Shown: positions 13,216 through 27,119, counted from the first letter of the stretch. The stretch: 64,000 nt of DNA from Glaucostegus cemiculus (GCA_976551045.1 CDPCPM010000056.1:29760001-29824000), one strand, 5' to 3'. Numbers and translations: made by a program. The notes: generated by a model not told the origin, from the sequence alone.

Positions 13216-16128
13216 GGAAATTGATTTTTTTCTTTCTTTGTTTATATGTGGAAGCTAATCCCAAATCAGCAGATATGTCAGGAATTTTCATTCTTGGGGG
13301 CAGGCCCACCAACATAAGCAATTGAAAAGAGGGTTTGAATGAGGATAGTTCAGTCAACCATGTCAGAATCCATAGAAATGAAGAATGATTATACACTACA
13401 GTAATTGAGCATGCATTTGTGTTTTGGTGTTACTTTGAGGTGCAATCAACAGGTACATATGAACACCATGATGAGCATTAAAAATCATCTTTATTACTTT
13501 AAATTTCTTTGATATTCCGAAAACTAGAACTTCACATACAACAAAAATTGGTTTTGTCCCCTTTATGCAACACTTCACCAAAGGTTACCCTTTGAGATAG
13601 ATTGTATAGTTATTAAAACTTAAGGCTCTGAAAATAGTCAAACGATCATGCAGAGACATTTTGCCCAGCTTAAAGACCACTGCGAGAAGTAATTCATTTT
13701 AGAATGACAGTAAATTGCAAAGTGACATGTCACAAATGGACATAAACCTTTGAAATTTAAGTTCTATCAACAATGCAAACTTTCAAAACTTAACCTTCAA
13801 ACAAATAAAAACCTACACTAAGTTGCTACTTTTATTTTTAAAAATCATCAAATAAAATGACTTTTTAAATGGGAAAATAATGACAAAGAAAATATTTCTT
13901 TCTTCTGAAATAAATGAGCTGTGGTTCATACTGCTTGCCTTTTTGAATCTTTTTTCAAAATACACAGCACTGTGCAATTGCTCCCTCTGGTACCAAGCTG
14001 TGTTGGGGGTTGGGAAAGGGGGTCAAGCTACAAGCTCACTTTTGGTAACATTCCCAGAACATATGGGAAGATATGGCTCCGCAAAGCTACGTGAAACAGA
14101 TGTTTAAAGAACTAATGCTAACAGACCAAAAACGTGCAAATAGAATCGAAGGAACTGTACACAATAAATCCAGTCCCAGGGTCTTTCTTCAGTGCCATGA
14201 GAGTGCCTTAGAGACATGCAGCATAGTTTGGAAAAATAGCAACATCCGTTCATTTGCTCTGCTGTACTCAGTTGAAATATGCACAATGTCCCATTATTAC
14301 TGAATCATTATCTGGCTACAGCTCTGACAGAAGCATCATATGGGCTATGAAAGACTCCTTTCTTTTCATGATTAGCCTTTAAAACATTTCCTCATGTTAC
14401 AGTCCTTCTCAGCCCAGAATGCACTGCCAAATTACAGTGCTGAAATTAACTGTATGCCGTTGTGATTTTATGATAAATAAAGGGGAATTAAGCTGCCTGA
14501 CCCAATATGTGTTTAACCCTTCAATGAATGTTTAAAAGAATGGGAACAGAAAGCAACAGGACGCAGAAGAACTTGCAGAAACCAGTGCATTTAGTGGAAA
14601 ATAATTCCAGAATTTTGCTAGATAAATAATCAGCACATTGGTAACTTAAAGATGGTTAATTCCAAGTCCTGCAGTACTGACAACCATTCCTTCATTTACT
14701 CCTGCCTTTCATTGCCAAACTAATTTTAGTTTCTATTATCAACCTGTAACACAAGCGCTGTTGAATCTGGCACAGCTGCGGAGAAAATTATCCAAATCAA
14801 GCCCCAAAGTCAAATCTCTGTTCTTTAATTGTCTTTTTATATTTTAAAAAGTCCGAAAGAAAAATAACAGTCATGCATGTTGATGGATTTTAGTTAGCAG
14901 GATTTTACTCCTACAATTATGATTTTTTGGGGGATAGTCAATCTAAAGACTCGAGTGAAATAAAGAACTGTCAGCTTATGTTATACAGAGAGCCCATGAA
15001 AAATGACACTCATCTTTCATAAGCACTCATTCCTCGTTCAATGCTTCCTTAATGAGTGGATCATGCCCCTCCCAGCCACACCCCTCGCTATTCTCCTTCT
15101 TACTGATTGCGCCTTTCGAGTTTGCCCTTCCTCAGAGTCATCTTCTTCCTGACATATTTAAGTACTTAAAAATACATTCGGGAATTCTATTTTTCTAGCT
15201 AATTTTTATTCCTTATGATGAATTTCCTTATAAAGCCACTCAAGTAGAGTACTAGATGTTTGGATTTTCAAAGCTAAGATCAGTAGTAGCCAAATCTTTC
15301 CCTAGACCTTGGCACCGCCATGTGCCAATGGCCCAACTACCTTGAGCTTGGCACGCACCCTGATATAGGGAGAACCATGAGACTGAGTAAAAAGGCTCTG
15401 GATTATGTGAGAATGTAGTACGATGTAAATCAGAAACAGGTTAATAGATTCCTATTTGTGTTTGTGCCAGATACCTGGTACATAATTCTCTTAATCAGTC
15501 TTAACTTCATAAATCCTTAAAAGTGCACCATCTTTTCCAGTCTCAATTATCTGGTACAATAAGCAATATTATGTCTGACCAGAAAATCCTACTAAGCACA
15601 CTTCACTGCTGGATTATCCAGAAATGTTCATTTTGAGAGAAAAATGAGAGTGGCACATTTAAAAATAAGAAAACTGAAGATGTAAAAAAAAAGGCCACTT
15701 AGTAAAACCTTCTGGAAAACATCCAATTAAGGTGACAATCCTAAATTCTATCGTCTGGGGAGTATGACCTGGATCGACAGATAAACTGGAGCTAGCCTTC
15801 TTGTAGTGACTTGAGCATCAAGGAATGTGTCATTTAGTCACATCCTCTATGTTTCATGTTCTACTGTTCTAACATTGTCCATTAGACCTTTACTGTGGAG
15901 GATTTTCATAGCTTGAAATTTTCTGTCACTTCATATATCATTCCAACATTGTTTACATTCATAAATGGTCACATAGATTTAAAATGGATGCATCCCTTTA
16001 ATATGGAGAGCCCATATGAAGGAATTTGTCATTACATATTTGCACAAACTCAAACTTAACAGGGAGGATCCTTAATTTATTAGGAGTAACTGAACTAGTG
16101 GAATCTGGCAATACCAATCAGACAGAAG

Positions 16129-16185
16129 AGTGATCGCAATGTGATTCGTTCAGTACAAGATTAACGCATCACATGCGGCTGCACT
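16129..16185. other. 57-nt imperfect hairpin with four CpGs
   Basis: agtg-a-tcgc-a-atgtgat-t-cgtt [12-nt loop] aacg-c-atcacat-gcgg-ctg-cact gives about 19 pairable positions. Confidence 0.5.
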
Positions 16186-17869
16186 GAATCCTGCACAGAT
16201 AGCAGTCCTGGGATCACAAAACTGCCTGAATAAAGTAGCTAGAATGCCCCAGTAGTTCACTATATAAATGCATCAACAGATGTGGTACTGAACCAAATGG
16301 ATCACTGGTTTAATCCCTAGTCAATCCTAAGTTTCTGAATACAATTTGTAGCAAGCTCAACCACAGAATTTCAAACTAATAGTGAAAATGGGATATGCAA
16401 AGGGCACATATCCTAACTAGGTAAGTAATACAAGTAGGGGAAACTGCAAACTTGAATATAATACCAAAAATAATGAAGCCAAATAGCTGCATTCAGAACA
16501 TTGCAGGCATTAGCTCATGCCAAGCACAATGGGGAAACCTCGACCTGAGACTCATCGGTCTAATGAAAAAAAAATCATCCAATGAGGCCTCAACCCTACC
16601 CCTCTGTTCACAGTATACAATCCCACACTCAATTCATGCTGGAAGATCACATGGACAATTGAAGAAACTGTAATCATAGTATCCATAAATACAGCTAAAC
16701 AAATTCCTGTAAAAATAGGAAGCAAAATAAGCAGCCATCCCTCAATGAGGGCCTTTTGCTCTGAAGAGATGGAACACTGTAAACCCATTCCATCTGTGAG
16801 ATAAGACTCTGCCAAACTGTACATTAGACATGGAATTTTTATAAACTAAAATCATAAGGTTTCCACCACAATGTTTTTAGTAAGTTACTTAGAGAATCTT
16901 AAAACTGCCGCATTTTATTTTCTTAGATTGCCATTTTAAAACAACACAATTTTTTCTGAAGATCAGGGCTTTAGAGGAGTGGGACCTGGAAATTCATTAC
17001 TAGTATAGTCAGTAGAGAACCCTCAACTCCCTTGAGAGCCAGTTTCAGCACTGCTATGTTGCATACTCAGAGGCAAAAATCAACAAGACTACTCATAGTT
17101 TCCAACTGCCAACAACACAAAGGTCCTACACACTTTTACCAACCTAACAGCTTGCATTCCCCATTACAAGAGGGTGTTGGGATAGTGGAAGGATAGACAA
17201 AGAGCAAGGACAGCAGGAGTTCTGTCCATGTATGTGACAGTGTCCCCACACAATCCAGAATAACAACAGTACCACTCCACCACGTTTAAAGGCTGATAAA
17301 CTGATCCAGCAGCTCATAATTTTATGTCAAGCTGCTGAATATAGTATGTATTTTGGCACAACGGTACATAAAGAACTCTATTAGGATTGGCTTCGATGCA
17401 TCTCGCAAAAATAAAGATCTTGCCCATGTTAATTTAGCCTTTAGCCTAACAAACACACAATAATTTTATATATTGGGTGATTTCCAAAATGCCTCCAGAA
17501 TGCTGCTCAATTAAAACTTAATTTATAAAAAACAGCCTTTAGTTTATTATGATTTTTTTTAAGATGGAGCAGTAAATGCCAAAATCACAGATCTTACTAT
17601 AAAAACAATCTAAGTTTAATAGTCTCCCCAGATAATCACAACTTAATAAAAAAGACAGAATTTAGTTGCCATTTAAGTTCTCTAGCCCACCATACAAACA
17701 GAAGACATCCAATTGCAGTTGGAAGGACAGGAAACCTGTGTGTGTATCTTTATCACTGTGTGAATATTCTTGCTACAATTTCTTTATCGCTTTTCATTTA
17801 GATAATTCTACTATTTATTCTATTCAGTTTGAGCAAAACTAAGTCATGGGAATATTGCTTCTGTGCGAG

Positions 17870-18215
17870 AAACTTGCAAGTTTAAGTCCAACGCTAATAC
17901 TTGCACACAAAATCCATCTGACATTTCACTTCATTATACTGTCAAAAGTGCAGCCTTTTATTTGAGATATTAAATCAACCTATCTGCCCACTTGAATCAA
18001 CATTCTAAGTTCTTTGTTAAGTAAAGAACATGGAGCTATTCTCGCCAACAAATCTTTCAGCCAACAGTGTTTATAGTTTTTCATCTCATTGTCATCTGTG
18101 GGACTTCACTGTGTGCAAATCGGTTGTCACATTTATCCATCTAAAATATAATTCAGGAAGTGAAGTATTCTGGGATGTTCCCAAGGACATGAAAGGCATA
18201 TAAATGCTTGCTTTC
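17870..18215 (+). mobile_element. Deu-domain SINE
   Basis: ctgtgggacttcactgtgtgcaaatcggttg core and tail ctgggatgttcccaaggacatgaaaggcatataaatgcttgctttctt. Confidence 0.7.
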
Positions 18216-19268
18216 TTACACCTCAATCGTTGTGCCTTTTCAACAAACCTTCTGCTGCAGACAACCCTGCAAAATCGTTCAAAATTAACAATGGAAAGTC
18301 TGTAAGTTATGCCAACTTTCTGAAAGAATAACATGATTTAGTGCTTGAAAAGGGATGTAAAATTAATTTTAAACAAGGGAACACATTGGCCTGACTGGCT
18401 ACCAAGGAGGAACGTTTCTGCCTACAAACTCCTGAGGTCAATTAAGGGACAATTGAAACTGTATGTAATTTCTAACCTCAGGTCAGAAGTATCCAAGTTC
18501 TTCTTAAGATTACTTCTCATTGCATCGTATTAAAATTAGCACTGAAATTAACAAAATGGCAAAATCTCCTTAAATGTTGCTGTATGTTAATAAGTATGGC
18601 TGTGACATTCATCAACTTTGTCTCTTTTGAATTATTGTTGAATTATTCTTAGGGGAAGTCATTTAAATACATAATAATAATGTAAATGCAAATCTAACAG
18701 TGGAAAGATTATTGTGTAATTGTTTGTGTACACATTAGCTCCTCTTGGTGAGAGGCAAAGATGTTGAGGTCAGAAACATCAGCAGGAAATGATTTCTTTG
18801 ATTATCATTTTGATGTCAGAAATATGGCAGGCATGCATACTTGCAAAGCATACTTATCTTGAGTATATTAAGTCTAACATAAAACACATGCTTCCTTTAA
18901 TAATCATACCACTTCCTGTCACATTAGTAGTTCAGATATCATACTCTGATGCAACTTCAACTCACTGTGACCAATGCCAGGGATCTCCTGATAGAATTGC
19001 ATTAAAAAGTGAAATTAAAGAATGATTCTTAGGCTCTTCTGTGACCAATATCAGTAGAAATCCTTTTCCTCAGTTACACATAATCCACTTCAATGAGTTG
19101 AAAGAAGAAACGTCAACAAAAATTAATAATATAGTTCAAAATCTAGACCAGGTCTTACAATATCTCTCAACTAATCAAATTCATTTAAACTGTGAATGGT
19201 ATTAGTGGTGATAAATATTAAAAATTAACTATATTACAAAAGCCTGCCAAATCTAAAATGGAAATTAC

Positions 19269-19321
19269 CTGTGGACCCAAATTAGTGGGTGTAGGCATCG
19301 CTGTTCCTGCTTCATCAGCCA
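19269..19321 (-). CDS. Candidate 53-nt internal coding exon, phase 1 to phase 0: (V)ADEAGTAMPTPTNLGPQ
   Basis: Minus strand reads tttttattctcaattttcag|TGGCTGATGAAGCAGGAACAGCGATGCCTACACCCACTAATTTGGGTCCACAG|gtaatt: strong acceptor and donor, GC-richer than its flanks, open frame. Caveat: the acceptor overlaps a repeat end. Confidence 0.55.
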
Positions 19322-19465
19322 CTGAAAATTGAGAATAAAAACTAAGTAAACTGGAAATACTGAGCAGGCCATACTGAGCACCTGTGGACAGAGAACCATG
19401 AACTGTTTTTCTTTCTTCAGATGCTGCCTGGCCTGCTGAGTATCTCTAGCATTCTTAATTTGTAT
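19322..19465. mobile_element. Penelope-like terminal fragment, inverted pair (fold-back)
   Basis: ctggaaatactgagcagg...gcacctgtggacagagaa followed by its reverse complement cagatgctgcctggcctgctgagtatctctagcatt. Confidence 0.75.
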
Positions 19466-22400
19466 TTTAAATGTTTAGTGATTTTCAATTACTGAAAATG
19501 AGAACTCTGGAAACTATTTTCTTATAATCTGTCACATTCAGTACAGAAACTTACTATGATAGCAATTCTTCATTCCTTAAAATAAAACTGAAGGCTAGCA
19601 CTTTAAATAAACCATTTAATCTTCATCAGCTATTCCAACAACTTTCTAATCTTGTCATAAATGCTAATCTCAGACACAGAACTCAAACCCAGAACATTCA
19701 CATAAAGATAAGTTGTTCAGCGTCTACAAGAAGATCCTCCTTGAAACCTCAGCTTTCAGACTGTACTTAGTTTCTGACTTCAACTACTACTTGTGGTTTT
19801 TCACAGCCACAGGACTAAACTATCATGAAGGCATAGTATTGCTCCCCATAAAACGAAAAAGTCAGTTGAAGTGCAATGGTGGCTCACAGCCAGTGAAGAA
19901 TGCTGCAAAGGGGTGTTCCCAGTCTCAATATCCACAAACTATATATCAGTAGGTCTCAATTACATATTTTGCTAACCACGTTTAAAAAAAATATAACTGA
20001 AAGAAAATTGCAGTATGGAACATCCCATTCATGAATCTGGTCTACCAATGCATGCCATACAGTAACACTATATGTAAACAAAAATAAGCATACATCAAAA
20101 TAATAAACTAACAAGCAAGTATGTGGATAAGAAGAGGTGTGACTTGTATGCATTGCTGCAGCCAGAGTAACAAAGCACACCCTACTCATTTACGGAACTG
20201 TGTGAATGCATCGCAAATTTGAGAGTTCTGCGATTAACTGAGAGAAAAGAAGTTCACTAAAGATTAACTTTGGCAGGGTCTGAGGGTTACAGTTCATTTA
20301 TGTTCTTCTTTAAACCAGTTGTTATTATACTAACCCTGACGACCATATTGTGTTAATGTCACCCTCTGGCTCTTCCAGTCCTCTTAGTCTCTCCCACTTT
20401 TGGATTTGATTATTTCTCTCCAAAAGAAACCTTTAATTTTGATACAAAATGACCAACCTTGTCAATAAGCAGCAATTTGATTTATAAGATCGTAGCTTTG
20501 TGCACAGACCGCAATGACTCCACGATGTCTGCTACTCTTCCAAAAGCGATACAATGGATCCACCTTCCATAGTTAGAAGCTGCTACACACTGTCACATTC
20601 TTCTTACACACCTCCCACATTCCATGGACATATCTGGATTCTCTGTACTTTAAAATACAGTTGACTGTAATAAACAATTAACTTGGTCACCCTTTCTCAG
20701 TGGTGCAAATGTGAAGCTGATACTATTGCTATGGAACAAATCAGAAAGAGCCCAGATTGCCAAGAATAAAATTACATGCAGTTGAGCAACATTTTGATGA
20801 GCAGGATCTTAATACAGAGTTACATGTCAATGAATGAGCCTCAAAAATAAATGGTTTCATTTGCCACAAAACTCAGGTGGTTCTTAGAAGAAAATTACCC
20901 AGCAGATTTCTAATTCCAAAGGTAGCTCGGAGCTTTTTAAGAAACATCTGTCTATTTTTGAAATTCTCTGAAATCAACCATTCATCACAATAAATATTTA
21001 GATCAAAACCAATGCATAATTCAAAACATTCAGAGACTTTGAAAGCCACAAATATTAATAAGGCCTATACAGCACCAAAAGTTCCTAGAAGTGCTTAGGT
21101 ATTTCAGTTTTACATAGCCAAAGGAACAATACTGCTGTTTTATGAGATTCTTCAATTAAATTTCCAGGATGCCATTAGATTTGTATTAGAAGGGTCATAA
21201 ACCTCAGAATAACTCTCTCAGAGCAAGGTCACTGTTGCACTTAAACTCCATTGTTGTTGAGATCTCACTTCAGTGTCTGGTTTATTTATTCAGTTAAACT
21301 CAAGGTGTAGGTGATTTTAGTTAGGGGAATAATTTTCACTTGTCTAATTTGAACATTTTGCAAAAGATTTGATGGGCAGTATAAAACCTTTATGAGTTTA
21401 TTTTGAGCATTGTGCTACACTTGCCAAAATAAGTGAAAACAAACCTCCCTTAAAACCATCACAATTTTCTAATTTGTCCTGGCATTAGAAAAACTATCTA
21501 CCACCATCGAGTTCATGGAAAATGTAAGGCTTGGATTATAAATGGGCACGGAGGGATCAAAACAAATTATCTTTTGAAATCTCCTCTGAGGATTAGGTTA
21601 CTGTGACCAATAGTTTCAAGAATTTTATGAAGCCACTTTTTTGCAACCCTTTAATTGTAGCATTTCCATTCTTCTTGTTCAATTAACCAAAGAAGTCATG
21701 GATAATCTGGACACAGAAGAACTGCTCCACGATTGAGACAACCTGCACATTGGTTGACTCAATCTGACCAAATCCTCTAGTGATATCAGCTTGGTAAGAT
21801 CTACATTTAAAATACATTCACTATTCTCAGAAGCACATCTTAAATCACATTATTAAAAGATGGCTGATTTGTGCTAGAGTAAAACAAGTAAGAACTAGTA
21901 AATTCAGTAAATTATCTTGTAGTGCAGCACTACACAGGGAGAGTATTATGAACATCAATGGCATCATCAAAGGCAGCAACATCTAGAAATTCTCATACTC
22001 CAACGAGACCAAGAATGGAACAACGACTGTATTGGTCACTGCTGCTCCACAAAAAACCTCAATTAGGTCCAAAGTCAACCAACCTTTGCACATTTTCAGA
22101 GCTAGATGTGTGCTTCCCAGTTCTCTTTGTTCGAGGATCATTGCCTACCAACATGCTCGAGCCTGTTTGGTGATGGGGGATGTATCAGAGCCAAGCTATT
22201 GGAGAAGGGGTAAAATTTGGAAGAACCAAACATTGGTGTATGAGGGGTGAAGAATCAGGAAACCAGGAAGAACTGGTAGTTGGTGCTGGAAGTGGGGTGG
22301 TGGGGCAAATCAGGAAGGATCTGTACATGTTTGCCAGGGAATCAGGAGTGTGAGGTAGGCAGCCGGTGAGGGGATCAGTGTGGGATATCTGGCTCTTGTT

Positions 22401-23849
22401 GGTGATGGGGCTGGGCAGGGTTAAAATTAGATTCAGGAAGGAGTCATCAAGACATGCAAAAACAAGAGCATGATCACAGGTGGGTGGCCAAAGGAGGAAG
22501 GTGAGTAATTTATTCACCGTGCAATCCTCACACCCTGGCATACTGCAAGTAAGTCCACATTATCCCCAGAGTATCCACCCCACCCCAAGGGCAATATGGT
22601 CCACAACTCCCTGCTAAGCTCCAAAGTATGGTGCCCAGGAAGTGATGCCACCTTATGTACGGATCTGTTGTGGAAATTGCATAGCAAAATGACTGAGGCC
22701 AGGAAGCGTCCAGTCAAATTTTCTAAGTAATAATCTGGAAAATATAGATTCTCAAATGAACAACACTGAAGAAGCAAACAGCAGCATTCAACTGAATTTC
22801 TGGTATATACACTTCATTAGAATGGAAAGGAGGTACAACTTGCAGAAAATTAAGTTGTGTCAATGAAAAGAGGTCATTCTTATTATGCAAATTTTACATT
22901 GGAGCAACGGAACCTCATAGTTGGATCACTGTGCATAAATTTTAATACATTTTTACTCTCAAGTACTTTTTTCCAAGGGCATTCCCTGCAAGTTATATTT
23001 GCAAATTTGCTAAACAGAAAAAAACCCCACAAGTGTCAAACCCTAAAAAGCTGCTGACTGAACAACATTAAATGCACCAATCATGGCATTATGACTGAGT
23101 GTACACTAAAGCTAGTAGTAGGAGAATCTTAGCCTCCAGCATTTTAAGTCAAGTCAGACAAATGTAGTCACCTCTCCTTGTGCTCTCTCCCTGTATACAG
23201 CACCTCTGCCTCAGAAAAATTTGAGACCGGATTTTAGAAAGTTTTTCAGCACTCAGCCACCAATCAGAAAACACTTATTTTTCTATTTAAAGTAGATCAA
23301 AATACGTGGCCATTATTTTTATGATAGTGGTGTCATTTTTTGGCATATTTTTGCCTAAGTATATTGGTAATTATATGGTTCTGGAAATATTCTGGAAATA
23401 TCTGCATGTATATATATATATATATTGTGTTGAAATGTTTTGAGGGATGAATGGATGGAATACTATTTGCGAATCAATTCAGTCAAACTAACTCACAGCA
23501 CCAAAAATGATCGTGCACCTGAATATCAAACGAACTGTGCAAACGGAAGGAGGGTTATTCCAGTGGCCCCTCAGAACTTTAAAAGTACGAATTTTAAATA
23601 ACACCTGAAATGACTCCATTTTAATCCAGAATGGTAAAGCCATTTCCATTCAAAATCCTGTATACTCTTCCCTTCTGTATCCAGCACTACTGGCAGGGTA
23701 ATCAACTAAACATTGTAAGGTACATATAAGTGTGATGTTGTTGAATGACATATATTATTATGTGTGTATTATTGTGCATATGCGTGCAGCCCAAGCAGAG
23801 TCTTGAATAAGCTAAACACACCTTCTAGAGTTCTTCATGCTTATTAGAG

Positions 23850-24075
23850 TGGCCATCCTTTGCTTCTTTTTCAAGTCTTTTCACAGTCATGCTGTATTCT
23901 GCTTTGCCATTTTCTTCAGATATACACCCCTCTGACTCTTCTTGAATTATGACTACTTCACTTTCTCCTTTCCACTTGCAGGTGACACTTCAAGTATCCC
24001 CCACAAATGCTTCAGGATTCTCTCCCAAGAATCCTTCTTCTACAACCTCTGCCCCTCAAATGTGCTTTGTGTCTA
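23850..24075 (+). mobile_element. Probable degenerate L2 3' fragment
   Basis: Pyrimidine-rich plus strand whose reverse complement follows the antisense L2 pattern (gggagagaatcc...cttgaag...caagaagagtcagagg...gacttgaaaa). Confidence 0.4.
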
Positions 24076-24192
24076 TCCCTCCAGTTGAAAAGGGGTCAGA
24101 TATTTACTATGTTGTTATTAGTATAATAATGGACAACAAGAAAATCTGTTGACTTGAATAAACAGTGAAAAACTTAAAACAGAGGGGTCTGT

Positions 24193-24310
24193 AAAGTCAA
24201 AGCTGAGTTTATTGTCATACGCACAATTATATGTCTGCACAGGTGCAGTGAAAATCTTGCAGCAGCATCACAGGCACATAGCATCATATAAACAGCATTC
24301 ACAAGAAAAC
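24193..24310 (-). mobile_element. Rex1/Babar-type LINE 3' tail fragment
   Basis: aagtcaaagctgagtttattgtcat...caggtgcagtgaaaa has the same terminal pattern as 37711-37760. Confidence 0.6.
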
Positions 24311-24593
24311 AAGTGAAATTTAACCACTGGAAATCAAGTAGAATATTTCTAAAAGTGGACAAAGATCAAAGGTAAATGAAAATCATTTGATGATTGTATT
24401 TGTTATGACATTATGCTCCTTTAAAAAATATACCAGGACAGCGCACATTAGTAGTGGTCATTGCCTACCTCCTGATGAGTGAAAATTCAGACAGTGGGTG
24501 GCTTGAAATTTAGGAAGCTACCACCCAAGGCCTGCCAGGATCCAGGAAGACTTGAGGTGGATACCCAACACACAACAGAGTACAATCAGGAGT

Positions 24594-24905
24594 GCTCAAA
24601 GCCTCCTTGAAAAAGTGCAACATCCCCATTGATTCCTGAGAATCTCAAGTCCACAACTGCTCAAAGTGGAGACGGCTGATACTGAGAACCTTGTGGTCAT
24701 GCATCGGGAGCACACAGAAACCCTGCATAAGCAGTGGAAGGAGCACAGTTCCTTACAAACTACCCATCTACTTGCCCCATCAACCACCTCCTGTCTCATC
24801 TGACCCCAGAACCCGGAAAACTAGAGTAGAGGCAAATCATCCTCAGTCCTGGAGGGTTAAGGAGTGGAGGGTGGGGGGAGTCTGCTTAAAGAGAAGAAGG
24901 GGAAG
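24594..24905 (+). mobile_element. RTE-clade LINE 3' end fragment
   Basis: ctcaaagcctccttgaaaaagtgcaacatcccc (LKASLKKCNIP) ... gctcaaagtggag (SKWR) ... gcaaatcatcctc and a gaa-rich tail. Confidence 0.7.
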
Positions 24906-26869
24906 AACATACTGAGAAGTAATATCAAGACTATAAGCGTAACCATGATATTAGAAGAAACTAAAGAGCGTATTTTTAAATAAGCATCATCACAGCTAAA
25001 TGCCTGTGTAATCTGCAGGTAAAAGTGACCTGATGTGGATTTCCAACACATGCAAATTACTTTTGTTAAAAAGAAACCTTGAAAATGTTAGAGCTTGTAG
25101 ACTGAGGTGCATATGAGTTTTTAAATGCCAAACTGGGCTGTAATCATTACTTAACTAATTTCTGGTACTAAAACACTAATTTTACCTACGTGGACTTCCA
25201 TCACTTCAAAAGCATATTTCAAAAGTTAATGCATTTTGAAACAAAAAAATAGCTGTTTTTTTAATGGTTCAATTTTGACCTCTGTAGAGGGTTAAAAAAA
25301 AATGTAGTTAAAAGTTGTTCTCATTTCGTCCTAGTTTCTTTGCTGTGTGAATACTTCTATTTGATCGGCGACTTAGCCCATCTGATGACATCCCTGCTGC
25401 TGGATGCAGAGAATGATGGCTGACAGTAACTGATATGGGAATGGTAACATCCACACTGGTTTAAGCTTAGCCAGATCTTTGCGACCATCGTCTTTTTTAA
25501 GGTAAACGGAACATTGTCACTTCAGTGGAGGCCACAAAACCAAACCAATACTTAAGTTGGGCTTGTAAAATAATTTAGCTCCTCAGTTCAATTTCCAGGA
25601 AATGGACAGAATGTGCACCAAAAAAGGATCTGCCACTCACGCAGGTCATCAAGCAGCCTGATCAGTGGTCCCCAATGAGATGATGGAGACTGCTCTGGAC
25701 ACACTGGAGGTAGATTTTCCAAAATGATTTGTGTAGTGTCAGGAAAGCATAAATGTTCCTCTGGAATCATAAAGATCTGGTCTGCCTCCAGTCCTTCTGT
25801 ACCTCCCCACCCACTCCCATCCCCTTTCCCTAGAATCACTTCCTTCCTCCCCTTAAACAGAGATTTCTGGCTTATCAGTTGGATTTCCCATGCACCCAGA
25901 TCGGCGAGCTGCCCAGCTGGACTACTTGAGTGCTGGCTGTTCGCCAGTCATATGCAAAATTGTCTAGGCTGTGAAAGTGGCTCAGTCATGCTACTGGGCT
26001 GGCAATGTGCTCAGTGTTGCCGATGACCCACCTGACCTACATGAACATTAGCCCTATTTCCTTACAGGACAAAGCAAGATGTGCAGGTAAACTCATGAAA
26101 ATTAGCCAAGTATCCTAGCCCAACACTTTTGGGCAGCATAGGGTAATAAGTGAGAACAGCTGTGGAAGAAGAGTCGGGTTCATGAGCACACATTCCACTG
26201 GGCTTTCCTTGAGGAAACTAATTACATAAAAAGTGATTTGTTTCCTTTAAGTGCTGAAAAGTTCCTTCAGTGCTCAAAGGGTTAAGAAATTGCTAAAAAG
26301 CCTTGAAATAGATACAGCACTGTAAAAATGGTTATAGTCCTATAAGCTATATAACAGGAGTGGAAAGAATTAATACACTTTTACAGAAGCGGTTCTTAAG
26401 CTGTCTAATTGCTTTTTTACATATAGTAGCCCAAGCGTTTTATGCACTTTAGTATCCTCATCTCTTTTTCTCTTTCAGCACTTCAGACCTCTCCCTCCCA
26501 CAAAAATCTCTTAAAAGGGAATTGAAGATTAGTACTGACTGGTCGAAACTACAGCCAACACCACAGAAAGCTGAAAAGCTCAGATATGACAATCTGCCTT
26601 TAACAAATCCAATATGAGCAGACCCTGACTGCAAAACACTCACATCTCACTCCCAATCCAGCATCTAACTGAGGATCTATTAAGTCTAGCTAAGCTGCTC
26701 AGCAACTGTCAGGCTGCAGCAACGAAAACTATCATTCAGATCAACTTTTGATTACATAATAATTTGTTATTTTGTTGAATTCTGGCACTAATCTCCCTTC
26801 GTTTGGTTGGAAGCCAGAAATTAGTTTGCGTCATTCCACTAGTTTTCAACAGTGAAGCTCTCATCTCAC

Positions 26870-26918
26870 CCAGCAAGCACTCTGCACTCTTGGACAGGGG
26901 CCAGGAAGGGAAATCCAT
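26870..26918 (-). CDS. Candidate start-codon exon part: MDFPSWPLSKSAECLL + phase-1 donor
   Basis: aaaATGG Kozak context; 16 codons + 1 nt then TGG|gtgaga. The leftover G joins TG of the 19321 exon to give Val in frame. Confidence 0.4.
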
Positions 26919-27057
26919 TTTACATGAAGAATGCACGCAGCACAAGGACTCTTACGAGACAGTTTTTTTGCCTTCTTAAAATAACCTATGGACAACTGCC
27001 AATCTAGCTAGACACATATAACTTGAGAAATTTGGCATCAAAAACACGGTAAAGTAT
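26919..27057 (-). other. Candidate 5'UTR portion of the same exon
   Basis: Very strong acceptor catttttcttctctcttcccctcag| immediately 5' of 27057; stops in all three frames before the ATG at 26918; an alternative donor CTC|gtaaga follows 26956. Confidence 0.4.
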
Positions 27058-27119
27058 CTGAGGGGAAGAGAGAAGAAAAATGTGCTGGGGACTGGGTAAC
27101 GGCTGCAAGTGCATTCGTG

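Noticed and set aside
19555-19575. 21-nt phase-1 microexon candidate (GMKNCYH) upstream of the 53-nt exon
   Set aside because: Mediocre acceptor (taag) and weak exonic donor bases; such matches are common in AT-rich introns.
23845-24100. Minus-strand Glu/Gly-rich frame interrupted only by two TGA codons (selenoprotein or pseudogene?)
   Set aside because: No start or splice context and no SECIS seen; the purine-rich composition fits an antisense L2 relic.
26479-26617. Plus-strand exon after a strong acceptor (tctctttttctctttcag)
   Set aside because: No good donor before stop codons and no recognisable peptide.
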